Positions 27,541 to 37,187 of a DNA stretch of 44,034 bases are shown here, in pieces (position 1 is the stretch's first letter; the number at the start of each line of letters is the position of its first letter). The DNA lies in assembly GCA_048887225.1 (NCBI GenBank), contig JBHLJY010000020.1, positions 1 to 44,034 of the forward strand, in the 5' to 3' direction. Source of the stretch: Candidatus Hodarchaeota archaeon (lineage in GTDB: Archaea; Asgardarchaeota; Lokiarchaeia; Sigyniarchaeales; SOKP01). Below the pieces are notes generated by a model. It saw only the letters and a list, made by a program, of their open reading frames with translations, searched no databases and was not told where the DNA came from. Made by a program: the position numbers and the translations under genes.

Positions 27541-28962
27541 ATGGCTACAAAAGAAGAATTAGCGGATGAATGGGCAATAGCATCCACTAAAAAAATGTAT
27601 TCCTATGGTTTTGGCTATCTTATAATCAATTATTTCTTAGTAGCTGGTCTTGCTGTTCTTTACTACTATTATACTGTTGAGCTTGGTTTACCTTTCTTCC
27701 TAGCTGGTCTTGCAATGACAATATTTGCGATATGGAATATGTTCAACGATCCTCTTTTAGGCTACCTGACTGATAGGCCTATGAAATGGTCGCGAAGGTG
27801 GGGATTCCGGGCACCTTGGGTCGTTATGTCTAGTATCCCATTTTTAATATTTTATTTCCTTATCTGGATACCACCTGTCGGAGGTGGAGTTTGGCTTCTC
27901 TTTTTCTGGTTGCTATTTACGACATTTGTTTTCGATTCATGTTTTTCAATTTACAATGACCATATATATGGGGGATTTACTAACCAATTTCCCTCAGAGT
28001 ATGAACGAAGAAAAGGATTTGCAATAATTGTGACTATAGCAGCTTTTGGAGTTATTTTTACAAGATTGGTACCGGATACTATTATTACATACGGAAGACC
28101 AGAGACATTCGTTTTATCTGCGTTAGTCGTGACTGTGATTCTATTGATTTTAAATATATTTGTTTATCTCGGAATAAAAGAGTCAAAAGAGTTAAAGGAG
28201 ATGCTCATTCGGGGTTTTGAAACCACCGAAAAAAGAGGCTTCTTCAACGTGATGAAAACTGCGCTTAAACGAAAAAACTTCCTTATAAGCCTCATCGGCT
28301 ACACCGCTGTCATAACAGCACAAACATTTCAGTATATGTCCGATATCTTTTATATGAGGGATGTCTTGAAAATGCCTTATTCACCATGGATGGCGCTTGT
28401 TAGTTTGGCAGGGTTAGCAGGTTTAATATTATCAATACCCTTTTGGTACAATTATGCTAGGAAACACGGGTTCAAGAGAACTTACTATGTAGGTTTATTC
28501 TTAGCAGGTCTTTTATACCTACCCCTCTTAATTATACCACCAGGTGAAATTGGGTTAGTGCTATGGATAATATTTAGATTTATAGGAGGTATACCGTACG
28601 CTGGCTATACGGTCATGCTTATGCCTGTTGCATCTGACACTTGTGATGAAGTCTCTATTTATTTGGGAAGACGGCAAGATGGAACACTTCAAGGAATTAG
28701 GACATTTTTCTTCCGTATTGCTTATATAGTCCAAGGTATTGTGTTTTCATTGGTATTCATTATTACGGCATATAACCCAAATGCTGAATTTGGTACTTCA
28801 CAGCCCGAAGCAGCTATATGGGGTGTTCGCATTCTTGCTGGTTTGATTCCGGCGCTTGTAATGTTAGTGATGTGTTTTATATTTTATAAATTCTACGAAT
28901 TAGAAGGCGAGAAGAAAAAGGAAATAATGAAACAAGTCAAAGAAATGGGTCTCGTTCGTTAA
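27541..28962 (+). CDS. MFS transporter, glycoside-pentoside-hexuronide (MelB/GPH) family
   Basis: About 12 TM helices; WNMFNDPLLGYLTDR, GRRQDG; AAGGAG Shine-Dalgarno site upstream. Confidence 0.92.
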   Translation: MATKEELADEWAIASTKKMYSYGFGYLIINYFLVAGLAVLYYYYTVELGLPFFLAGLAMTIFAIWNMFNDPLLGYLTDRPMKWSRRWGFRAPWVVMSSIPFLIFYFLIWIPPVGGGVWLLFFWLLFTTFVFDSCFSIYNDHIYGGFTNQFPSEYERRKGFAIIVTIAAFGVIFTRLVPDTIITYGRPETFVLSALVVTVILLILNIFVYLGIKESKELKEMLIRGFETTEKRGFFNVMKTALKRKNFLISLIGYTAVITAQTFQYMSDIFYMRDVLKMPYSPWMALVSLAGLAGLILSIPFWYNYARKHGFKRTYYVGLFLAGLLYLPLLIIPPGEIGLVLWIIFRFIGGIPYAGYTVMLMPVASDTCDEVSIYLGRRQDGTLQGIRTFFFRIAYIVQGIVFSLVFIITAYNPNAEFGTSQPEAAIWGVRILAGLIPALVMLVMCFIFYKFYELEGEKKKEIMKQVKEMGLVR

Positions 28963-29155
28963 TGAGAAATTTAGATTAAAATCTTATAAAATTAACTTTT
29001 TTTTTTTATTTTATAGCAATTTATAAATATTTTATACTAATAGATATCTTTGTTTTGCAAATAAAGGATAAAATTTTTTTTATAGGTTAAATTCTAATTT
29101 TTCAATAGTTAATGCATAAGTCATTAGAATTGGAATCTAAAAAGGTAAGTTTAAT

Positions 29156-29881
29156 ATGTCTGATAACAATGAAGAAGAACAAAAAGCAGAGGGTAGTGAA
29201 GAAGTAAAAGAAAAAGAGGAGGATAAAGAAACAACTGAAGAAAAACAAAAAGCTAAATTCACGTTTAAATGCACTAGATGCGATAAATGTTGTCTAGCTC
29301 GGGGGCCAATACCTATTACTATGTGGGATTTAGAATTATGGGCTAAAAACGGAGTAGTCGCAAATTTTTTATCTTACTTAGATGTTTATACTAAACCTGA
29401 TGGTTTAACTGATTTAATTTTAAAGCCTTTAGCTCCACCGAAAGAAGATTCTGAAAAAACGGCACCTAACACATTTAGCGAAACTCCTATAGAGGAGTTA
29501 TTAGAAGAGAAATGTCCCTTATATAATAAGGATCAAAAAACATGTTTAGTTTATGAAAATCGTCCATTAAGCTGCCGTACATATCCACTCGAGTTTGACG
29601 GTAAAAATTTTAGTGTTGTTGATGTAGACTGTCCAGGAATTGGGGAAGAAGGTATGACGAAGGAAGAACTGAAAGAAATGAGGGAAACAGCAAAATCAAT
29701 GAATTATGAACTCACTCGCATGAGGATTGCTCTACCAGTGCTAAATCAAATAATTTCCAGCAACTTTATGAAGGTTCTGATGAGGCAACAGGTCGAAGCA
29801 ATGAGCAAAATGAGCGACGAAGATAAAGCAAAACTTGACGAAATTTTTAAAAAAAACCAAGAGCAAGCCCAACAAGAATAA
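29156..29881 (+). CDS. YkgJ/CxxCxxCC cysteine-cluster protein
   Basis: FKCTRCDKCC, CPLY..CLVYENRPLSCRTYP, CPGIG. Confidence 0.9.
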   Translation: MSDNNEEEQKAEGSEEVKEKEEDKETTEEKQKAKFTFKCTRCDKCCLARGPIPITMWDLELWAKNGVVANFLSYLDVYTKPDGLTDLILKPLAPPKEDSEKTAPNTFSETPIEELLEEKCPLYNKDQKTCLVYENRPLSCRTYPLEFDGKNFSVVDVDCPGIGEEGMTKEELKEMRETAKSMNYELTRMRIALPVLNQIISSNFMKVLMRQQVEAMSKMSDEDKAKLDEIFKKNQEQAQQE

Positions 29882-29964
29882 TAATATTGTTTTCCTATTT
29901 TTTAGTTATTAGTATTAATGATTTTAAATAACAAATTACCTTTAAGAATAGGTTGATTTTCATT

Positions 29965-30483
29965 ATGAAAGAATTAAAAGTGAAAAATTCAAAAATCAGA
30001 TTAGATCAAGGTGATATTACTGAATTAGATACAGATGTAATAGTTAATGCTGCTAACGCACAATTAATTATGGGTGGTGGTGTTGCTGGAGCAATTCGAC
30101 GAAAAGGAGGTCCATCAATACAAGAAGAATGTAATAAAATTGGTGGAATTTTTGTCGGTGGAGCTGTGATTACCACGGGTGGTAATTTGAAAGCAAAACA
30201 TGTGATTCACGCAGTTGGTCCTAGAATGGGGGAGGGCAGTGAGGACGAAAAATTGAAAAATGCAACACTGAACAGTCTGAAATTAATGGACGAGTATAAA
30301 TTGAAAACAATAGCATTTCCAGCAATTTCAACAGGAATTTTTGGATATCCAATTGATAGATGTGCAAAAATGATGATATCTACAGTTAAAGAATATTTAA
30401 AGAGAGATACTCAAATTGAAGAAGTTATTTTCTGCTTATATACATCATCCGATTTTGATGTTTTTGAAAAAGAATTGAAGTAA
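29965..30483 (+). CDS. Macro domain protein (O-acetyl-ADP-ribose deacetylase / ADP-ribosylhydrolase)
   Basis: GDIT, IVNAAN, GGGVAGAI, HAVGP, FPAISTGIFGYP. Confidence 0.95.
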   Translation: MKELKVKNSKIRLDQGDITELDTDVIVNAANAQLIMGGGVAGAIRRKGGPSIQEECNKIGGIFVGGAVITTGGNLKAKHVIHAVGPRMGEGSEDEKLKNATLNSLKLMDEYKLKTIAFPAISTGIFGYPIDRCAKMMISTVKEYLKRDTQIEEVIFCLYTSSDFDVFEKELK

Positions 30484-30496
30484 GTTAGAAATATTA

Positions 30497-31252
30497 TTAT
30501 ATTTTTTTTATAATTTTCACTTTGAATGGTTCATGAATTTGGAACTGTTTATTAATTAAATTCTCTATTTCATGCTTAACTTTCAATAACTGAAAATCGT
30601 CATATATATAATCGGTTTTAAATTCTGTTTTTATGATTATATTGACATATCTATCTTCCTCTTTTATTTCCAATGCTTCCAATACCTTCTCTAGTTCTTC
30701 CATTCTTTTCTTTCTTTCTTTTTCTCTACGTTTTATATATGATTCATCTGGTTTTTCTAGCTTAGCACCCTGTTTAAAGAAATCTATAACGCCTCTCATT
30801 AGTTCTTCTCTTAATTTTGGTGTATCCCAATAACTCGGAATAGATGTAGTTCCTAACTGTGTGTCTGGTGCCAAATAAGGCTTTTTAGAGCTCATTAGTT
30901 TTAATGCTCTTGCTGTTGCCATATAAGCAGTAAACATGTTGCCTTCAGGCCTTACACTTGCAAGAATTTTTCGATCTTCATCTTTTGCTCCCACAATATG
31001 GCCTTCTTGTATCGAGGTTGCGACTAGTCTTTCTGGAGTAATTTGTAGAATTGAAAATTTCTTACCGGACAATGTAAGGGACTGCCCATACAAAGATTCC
31101 CAAAGCGATACAATTTTACTGATATCTTCACTGATTTTCCAATTTTGAGTTGAATATACAACTTTATCCCTTTCTTCAATAATCGCTACGTCCTCTATAT
31201 CTGGTTCTAACTGTTTTAAATTTTCAATTATAGTCGCGTAATCTGTCGACAT
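30497..31252 (-). CDS. Asgard profilin-like domain with ~130-aa C-terminal extension
   Basis: VAIIEERDKVVYSTQNWKISEDI...LSGKKFSILQITPERLVATSIQEGHIVG closely follows the Lokiarchaeal profilin pattern as I recall it. Confidence 0.75.
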   Translation of the reverse strand: MSTDYATIIENLKQLEPDIEDVAIIEERDKVVYSTQNWKISEDISKIVSLWESLYGQSLTLSGKKFSILQITPERLVATSIQEGHIVGAKDEDRKILASVRPEGNMFTAYMATARALKLMSSKKPYLAPDTQLGTTSIPSYWDTPKLREELMRGVIDFFKQGAKLEKPDESYIKRREKERKKRMEELEKVLEALEIKEEDRYVNIIIKTEFKTDYIYDDFQLLKVKHEIENLINKQFQIHEPFKVKIIKKI

Positions 31253-31406
31253 TTTTTTGATTTCTCATTTTTTTTGTTTTTTTGTAATATAATTAAGATT
31301 GCCCGATTTTAAAAGTTAATATTTCTTATTTAAAATGGAAATTATAAATGGACTATGAAAGTTTAAAAAAAATAAGTAAAAATTATTTAAACGGTGCTTT
31401 ATTTGG

Positions 31407-31607
31407 CTAATCTGCTATTGCCCCAATAATTCCAATTATAACTAAGGCTGCGGCTCCAATAAGCCCTATTATATCTATCCACCATAAAATGGCTACATTA
31501 GAGAAAAAAGCGGGGTAAACAACAAACAAAAATATTAAACCGCCAATTAATAACGCAATACCAAAGATGATGAATTTTCCGTACCATTCTTCATACCAAT
31601 CTCCCAT
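31407..31607 (-). CDS. Small two-TM membrane protein (66 aa)
   Basis: GAGGTGG Shine-Dalgarno site before the ATG at 31607; two hydrophobic helices. Confidence 0.75.
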   Translation of the reverse strand: MGDWYEEWYGKFIIFGIALLIGGLIFLFVVYPAFFSNVAILWWIDIIGLIGAAALVIIGIIGAIAD

Positions 31608-31819
31608 ATATTCCACCTCTTTTATAATAAAGATTAGTTTATTGATAAAATTATAGAATCTCAAAAATATTTAAATGTATCTGAAAAAAATTTAATTAAA
31701 AAATTTAATTAAAAATAAAAAATCGTTTAAAGTAATACTTATTTTTCTTAATAACTTTTAATGAATAAATTATAGAATGAAAAATTTTAAATTAAAATAA
31801 AACTCATTATTGAATTGTA

Positions 31820-34729
31820 ATGAGTGATAGAAGCTACCAATATATCAAATTTTTTGAAGAATTAAGAAACTCAGACGTTGGACTAGTGGGGGGAAAGAAT
31901 TCTTCACTAGGCGAGCTGTTAAGCTTTGGTATTCCTGTGCCTTTAGGATTTGCTGTGACAGCTGAGGCTTTCGATTATGTATTAGATTCTAATAAATTTA
32001 CTATTAAAGGAAAGGAAAGTACATTAAGAGAATTAATTTCTGGGGATATTGGTAGAATCTCTGCAGAATTACAAAAAGAAGATCTTAAATCAATTGAAAC
32101 ACTCGATAAAATTTGTGCGAACATTCGTTATATTATTGAACAGGCAAAAATTCCTGATAGTTTAGCGGAAGAGATTTTAGATGCTTATTCTAAATTAATT
32201 GAGAAAATTGGAGAAGAATCAACTTTTGCCATCAGAAGTTCAGCGACAGCAGAAGATTTACCCGATGCTTCTTTTGCAGGCCAACAGGACACCCATTTAA
32301 ATATAAAAGGAGAAAATGAAATATTGGAATATGTTTTAAAGGATATGGCTTCCGTTTTTACTACAAGAGCTACGATGTATCGAGAAAGAGCAGGATTCGA
32401 TCACTTTGCTGTCAAATTAAGTGTTGGAGTACAGGAGATGGCTGGTGGTTTAGGTGGTGTAAAAGCTTCAGGAGTAATGTTTACTGAAGATCCAGATAGT
32501 GGCAACAATAGTGTAGTAGTAATTCGAGGAACATGGGGACTTGGAGAATTAATTGTTCAGGGTGTTGAAAAAGGAGATGAATTTATTGTTTTTAAACACG
32601 CGCCTGAATTAAGAATTATCCGTGTTGAATTAGTGAAGAAAGAAAAAATGATGATTTTTGATCCTGAAAAAAAGTTGGGTACAATAACAGTTCCAGTACC
32701 GGAAGAAAAACAAAATGAATTTTGTTTGACTGATGAGCAAGCTTTAATCCTTGCTGAAAACGCTATTAAAATACGACAACATTATGGTATACCAATGGAT
32801 ATTGAATGGGCATTGGGCAATAATAATAAAGTTTATATTGTTCAAGCACGACCTGAAACAGTTCACTCTCAAAAAGGAGATACTGAAGAAATTTTTTATT
32901 TACTAGAAAATACTGACAAATTAATAGAGGAAGGATTATTGGTAGAAAATTCAGGAACGGCAATCGGTAGACGTATAGGTTATGGAAAGGCTAAGGTAAT
33001 TGAGACTATTGACGACGCTCATTTATTAAGAGAAGGAGATGTTTTGATTACAGAAGAGACTAATCCTGATTGGACATCATATATGCAGAATTTGGGAGGA
33101 GTTATAACTGAAAGAGGAGGTCCAACTTGTCATGCTGCGATTGTTTCGAGAGAATTAAGTATTGCTGCTATTGTAGGCGCTGATAATCTAATTCAAATTA
33201 TGAAAGAAAAGCAGCGCGATGGTCTTGAAAACGTCACGATCGATTGTAGCGAAGGTGAGCCAAGGATATGGCTCAAAGCTGTGGAATACGATTATGATAC
33301 GATAGAATTTGCTCAACTTCCAAGAACAAAAACTCAAGTTTTAGTTAATTTAGGAATTCCTAAGGGTGCATTATCTTCGGGTAAGTATCCCGATGGTACA
33401 GGCTTAGCAAGATTAGAATTTATTATAAACGATGAGATTCAAATACATCCAAACGCATTAATTGACTTTGAAGCATTGGTCATGAGGTATGACATTCTTT
33501 TAGAACAAAGAAAAAAGATTGAAAATATCAAAAAGAGCGATTTATACTATAAAGATCCATTTAACGAAGAAATTAGAAAATTAAAAAAAACACTAGATAA
33601 TATAAAAGAATTAACTGTTGGTTATGATAATAAAGAAGAATTTTATGTTGAGAAATTAGCTGAAGGAATTGCGACCATTGCTGCTGGTGTTTGGAAAGAG
33701 TTACCAGACGGTAATATTGCACCTTGCGTAGTACGACTTTCAGATTTTAAAACAAATGAATACGCAAATTTAATTGGTGGGTGGATCTACGAAGGTGATG
33801 AGAATAATCCTATGTTGGGTTTCAGAGGAGCTTCTAGATATGTTTCAGATGATTTTCAAAATGCATTTATTTTAGAGCTAAGAGCAATTAAAAAAGCTAG
33901 AGAATGGGGTTTAATTAACATTATCCCTATGATACCTTTTTGCCGTACTCCTGAAGAAGCTAAAGCAATAATTGATATTATGGCGAGTGAAGGATTGATA
34001 CGAGGAAAAGATGGTCTTCAATTATATGTGATGGCGGAAATCCCATCGAATATAATCTGTGCTGATGAATTTTGTAATTATTTTGATGGGTTTTCCATAG
34101 GTTCTAATGATTTGACTCAATTAGTTTATGGATGCGGAAGAGATAATGAAAAATTACTTCCATTAGCGAAACAATATAATTACGAGACAAACAGTGAGTC
34201 AATAAGGAGATCTGTTTCCCATTTAATTAAGACAGCTCATGAACATGGTAAAAAGGTAGGTATTTGTGGTCAAGCACCTTCAGACGACCCTGAATTTCTT
34301 AGATTTTTAGTTCGAGAAGGAATTGATTCAATCTCATTGAATTTTGATACTTACGCTAGAGGGAGAATTAATACTTGGAGGACTGAGATTATTGAGGCAA
34401 TAAAGGATGAAAATAAAGGACATGCGTATAAACTAGTAAATGAATGCGATGATTTGATTGAGAGAATGAGAGTTCCAAGAGGAAAACTACATAATTTAGC
34501 AAGAAAACAGCTAAAAAAAGTAGATCCAAAACTTCTTGAATATAGCGAAAAATTCGATAATATTTTTAAGGAAATTCAGAATATATCTTCTAATTTTGTT
34601 AAAGATATAGATATAGGAGATAATCAAGATTTTAAAAATTTTTACGCTAAATATAACGATAAACTAAAAGAACTCGGGAAAGAAATTCCCTTGATACAAA
34701 AAAGTATTCGTAAATTTGGAATTTACTAA
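31820..34729 (+). CDS. ppsA: Phosphoenolpyruvate synthase (pyruvate, water dikinase)
   Basis: VGGKNSSLGE, RSSATAEDLPDASFAGQQDT, DIEWA, QARPETV, GGPTCHAAIVSRE (phospho-His), RLSDFKTNEY, SIGSNDLTQ, GICGQAPSD. Confidence 0.96.
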   Translation: MSDRSYQYIKFFEELRNSDVGLVGGKNSSLGELLSFGIPVPLGFAVTAEAFDYVLDSNKFTIKGKESTLRELISGDIGRISAELQKEDLKSIETLDKICANIRYIIEQAKIPDSLAEEILDAYSKLIEKIGEESTFAIRSSATAEDLPDASFAGQQDTHLNIKGENEILEYVLKDMASVFTTRATMYRERAGFDHFAVKLSVGVQEMAGGLGGVKASGVMFTEDPDSGNNSVVVIRGTWGLGELIVQGVEKGDEFIVFKHAPELRIIRVELVKKEKMMIFDPEKKLGTITVPVPEEKQNEFCLTDEQALILAENAIKIRQHYGIPMDIEWALGNNNKVYIVQARPETVHSQKGDTEEIFYLLENTDKLIEEGLLVENSGTAIGRRIGYGKAKVIETIDDAHLLREGDVLITEETNPDWTSYMQNLGGVITERGGPTCHAAIVSRELSIAAIVGADNLIQIMKEKQRDGLENVTIDCSEGEPRIWLKAVEYDYDTIEFAQLPRTKTQVLVNLGIPKGALSSGKYPDGTGLARLEFIINDEIQIHPNALIDFEALVMRYDILLEQRKKIENIKKSDLYYKDPFNEEIRKLKKTLDNIKELTVGYDNKEEFYVEKLAEGIATIAAGVWKELPDGNIAPCVVRLSDFKTNEYANLIGGWIYEGDENNPMLGFRGASRYVSDDFQNAFILELRAIKKAREWGLINIIPMIPFCRTPEEAKAIIDIMASEGLIRGKDGLQLYVMAEIPSNIICADEFCNYFDGFSIGSNDLTQLVYGCGRDNEKLLPLAKQYNYETNSESIRRSVSHLIKTAHEHGKKVGICGQAPSDDPEFLRFLVREGIDSISLNFDTYARGRINTWRTEIIEAIKDENKGHAYKLVNECDDLIERMRVPRGKLHNLARKQLKKVDPKLLEYSEKFDNIFKEIQNISSNFVKDIDIGDNQDFKNFYAKYNDKLKELGKEIPLIQKSIRKFGIY

Positions 34730-34874
34730 ATAAAAATAATAATAATTCAATAATTAATAACTATTTTTTTAATATTTTCGTAAAATCAAAAAAAATAAAT
34801 TAGCCTCTTAATTTAATTTTTCAAGAAGTTTTTAAATTTTATTCGCTGAAAACAAAGCATTTGGTGTCTTTTTG

Positions 34875-35153
34875 ATGACTGCAAAAAAAATTAGTGAAGA
34901 AATTGAAAACTCTTTTAAAAATGTCGAAACATTGCTTCATGGCATGATAAACGACCGGTCAGTACCACGTAATATTAAAAGAATAGCTCAACAAGGAATT
35001 AGTATTATAAATGAAAGGAAAGATACTCCTGGTATAATGGCTAGCAATATTTTATATTTAGTTGACGACCTCAGCCAAGATCCAAATATACCGTTCGCCT
35101 CGAGAACAACAATTTACCGAATAATCTCAATCTTAGAAACTATAAAAGACTAA
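34875..35153 (+). CDS. UPF0147 family protein
   Basis: INDRSVPRNIKR...SQDPNIPFASRTTIY; GGTG upstream of the ATG. Confidence 0.9.
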   Translation: MTAKKISEEIENSFKNVETLLHGMINDRSVPRNIKRIAQQGISIINERKDTPGIMASNILYLVDDLSQDPNIPFASRTTIYRIISILETIKD

Positions 35154-35192
35154 TATTGAGATTAATGGGAAGGATATTTTATTTTTCTATGT

Positions 35193-35954
35193 TTATTCTT
35201 TAGAGGACAGAGATGGAAAAAAGTTTCTTATCCATTTAGGCAAGATGAATCCAATGTAAAATTCAATTGCACTTGATATTAAAATGCTTCTCGTTATAAC
35301 TACTGTAACTGGGTCTAAATGAAATAGGGATTCAATAATAGCTGCAATCGTAAATGAAATAAATGCGACAAATAAAAACTTACCTTTAATTTTTACTTCA
35401 AGGTTGTCTGACTTGATTGATTGCGAAGTAAATAATATTCCCGTTATAATTACAATTGCAATAAGGCATAACAAAAATAGGTTCATAAATAAAGCCCATC
35501 TTATTTGGAATGGACCTACAAATGTTCCAATTAGTGTTGAATCTGTAAAGAGCAAATAAAAAAAGAAAATTTCCAGAATACTAAATGGGATAGAAAAAAT
35601 AATTAGAGTTATTTTTTGTTTTTCTTCATAATATAAATTTGTAAAAGCCATTAACCAACATAGAACAACGAAAGGAAGGAATGCATAACCAATAATAAAA
35701 CTTATTTCGGGCCATAAATTTGAATTTAGAAAAATAATCATAAGAAATGATATCGCATCGGGTAGCCAAGGATTTGACATGCCTATCATACCAATTCCAA
35801 GCAAGATATAATCTCTCGTTTTAACTTTAAAATATTTTGAAATAATAATTATCCCCAAAATAATAGATATAACGACAAAAGTTAAACTAAAACTTCCTTG
35901 AATGATATCAAACGGAGATAATTCTGACAGTTCTATAATAAGACACCTTTTCAA
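35193..35954 (-). CDS. Seven-TM membrane protein of unknown function (start may be ATA at 35936)
   Basis: Seven hydrophobic segments; no cytoplasmic output domain. Confidence 0.8.
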   Translation of the reverse strand: MKRCLIIELSELSPFDIIQGSFSLTFVVISIILGIIIISKYFKVKTRDYILLGIGMIGMSNPWLPDAISFLMIIFLNSNLWPEISFIIGYAFLPFVVLCWLMAFTNLYYEEKQKITLIIFSIPFSILEIFFFYLLFTDSTLIGTFVGPFQIRWALFMNLFLLCLIAIVIITGILFTSQSIKSDNLEVKIKGKFLFVAFISFTIAAIIESLFHLDPVTVVITRSILISSAIEFYIGFILPKWIRNFFPSLSSKE

Positions 35955-36148
35955 GGATGTAAAGATTATCTCTTTATGTTTTAAAATTTAGATTTTTTTA
36001 TATTTAATATTATTTATTAAAAATAATTTTTTATACATTAACAAATATCAATAAAATTTTCTGTATTAGATAATTTTTTATGTTAATATTGTTATTAAGA
36101 ATCAGAACTCAAGTTTAAATAATCATTAATAAAAAAACAAACTTAAAA

Positions 36149-37177
36149 ATGGAAGAAAATTTAATTACTGGGATTATTTATAGTGAAATTGATGATACTC
36201 TAGGACCAAATCCTATTTTATGGATTCCTTCAAATATTCCTGAAGATATTAAAATGAATATCTGCATAAAAACTAGTACTCTTCTCGCAGCCGATAAAGG
36301 ACATATTCCAGCATCATTAGTAGTGCTTCCATTTCCATCTTTGAATTTAAAGGGAATTACTAAATATATCCAAATAAGAGATGAAACTCAACGAGGGGGC
36401 GTAAAATTTACTATAATTACCCTATTGTTTAAAGAATTCAATGATGTTATTTTTTATAAAGGGATGGAACATTTTGACTCTACATTTAATCATTTTGCCC
36501 AAAAAATTATTAAATTTGAGGAGTTTGGAACGAATAGAGAAAAAATTTATCAAGAAATCGAACACCTTCATACAAACGTTTTAACAATCTTGAAGGATTT
36601 ACGTACAAAAGAATATACAGAAGCTTTTCCTGAAAAGATAATAAAAAAAGAGGAGGCAATAAATTACCAATTTAAGATAATTGTATGTGGCGATCCCATG
36701 GTAGGTAAAACCAGCCTTATCCTTAGATTCACTGAAAATGCGTTTAAAAGGACATATATATCTACTTTGGGTGTCCATGTAAGTGATAGAGTCATACGCT
36801 TTAAAAATTCTAATATTCAACTAGTAATTTGGGACCTCGCTGGACAATCGAAGTTTGATGTGATGAGAACTGCTTTTTATCAGGGTGCGAAAGGAGTTCT
36901 ATTGGTATTTGATCTAACTAATGCTGCTTCTTTTAATAGTATCAAAAACTGGTTTAATGACGTAAAAAAACACACAAATATTCGGGAAAAGCTAATTGGA
37001 TTTATTTTAGGAAATAAATCTGATCTCCATAATGAAAGAGTAGTTACTACAGAACAAGCTTCTAAGGTTGCTAAAGAACTCAGCCTTATCTATTTTGAAA
37101 CTTCAGCATTAACTGGAAATAATGTAGCAAATTCTTTTAAAGAATTAGCAGAAGCATTATATTTGATAAATAAATAG
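36149..37177 (+). CDS. Longin/uDENN - Rab-like small GTPase fusion
   Basis: FKIIVCGDPMVGKTS, YISTLGV, IWDLAGQ, FYQGAKG, LVFDLT, GNKSD, ETSA. N-terminal IDDTLGPNP and IRDETQRGG. Confidence 0.9.
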   Translation: MEENLITGIIYSEIDDTLGPNPILWIPSNIPEDIKMNICIKTSTLLAADKGHIPASLVVLPFPSLNLKGITKYIQIRDETQRGGVKFTIITLLFKEFNDVIFYKGMEHFDSTFNHFAQKIIKFEEFGTNREKIYQEIEHLHTNVLTILKDLRTKEYTEAFPEKIIKKEEAINYQFKIIVCGDPMVGKTSLILRFTENAFKRTYISTLGVHVSDRVIRFKNSNIQLVIWDLAGQSKFDVMRTAFYQGAKGVLLVFDLTNAASFNSIKNWFNDVKKHTNIREKLIGFILGNKSDLHNERVVTTEQASKVAKELSLIYFETSALTGNNVANSFKELAEALYLINK

Positions 37178-37187
37178 ATAAGAAATA

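Noticed and set aside
31684-31716. aaaaatttaattaaaaaatttaattaaaaa direct/palindromic repeat between divergent genes
   Set aside because: Pure A/T sequence in very AT-rich intergenic DNA; it cannot be distinguished from chance.
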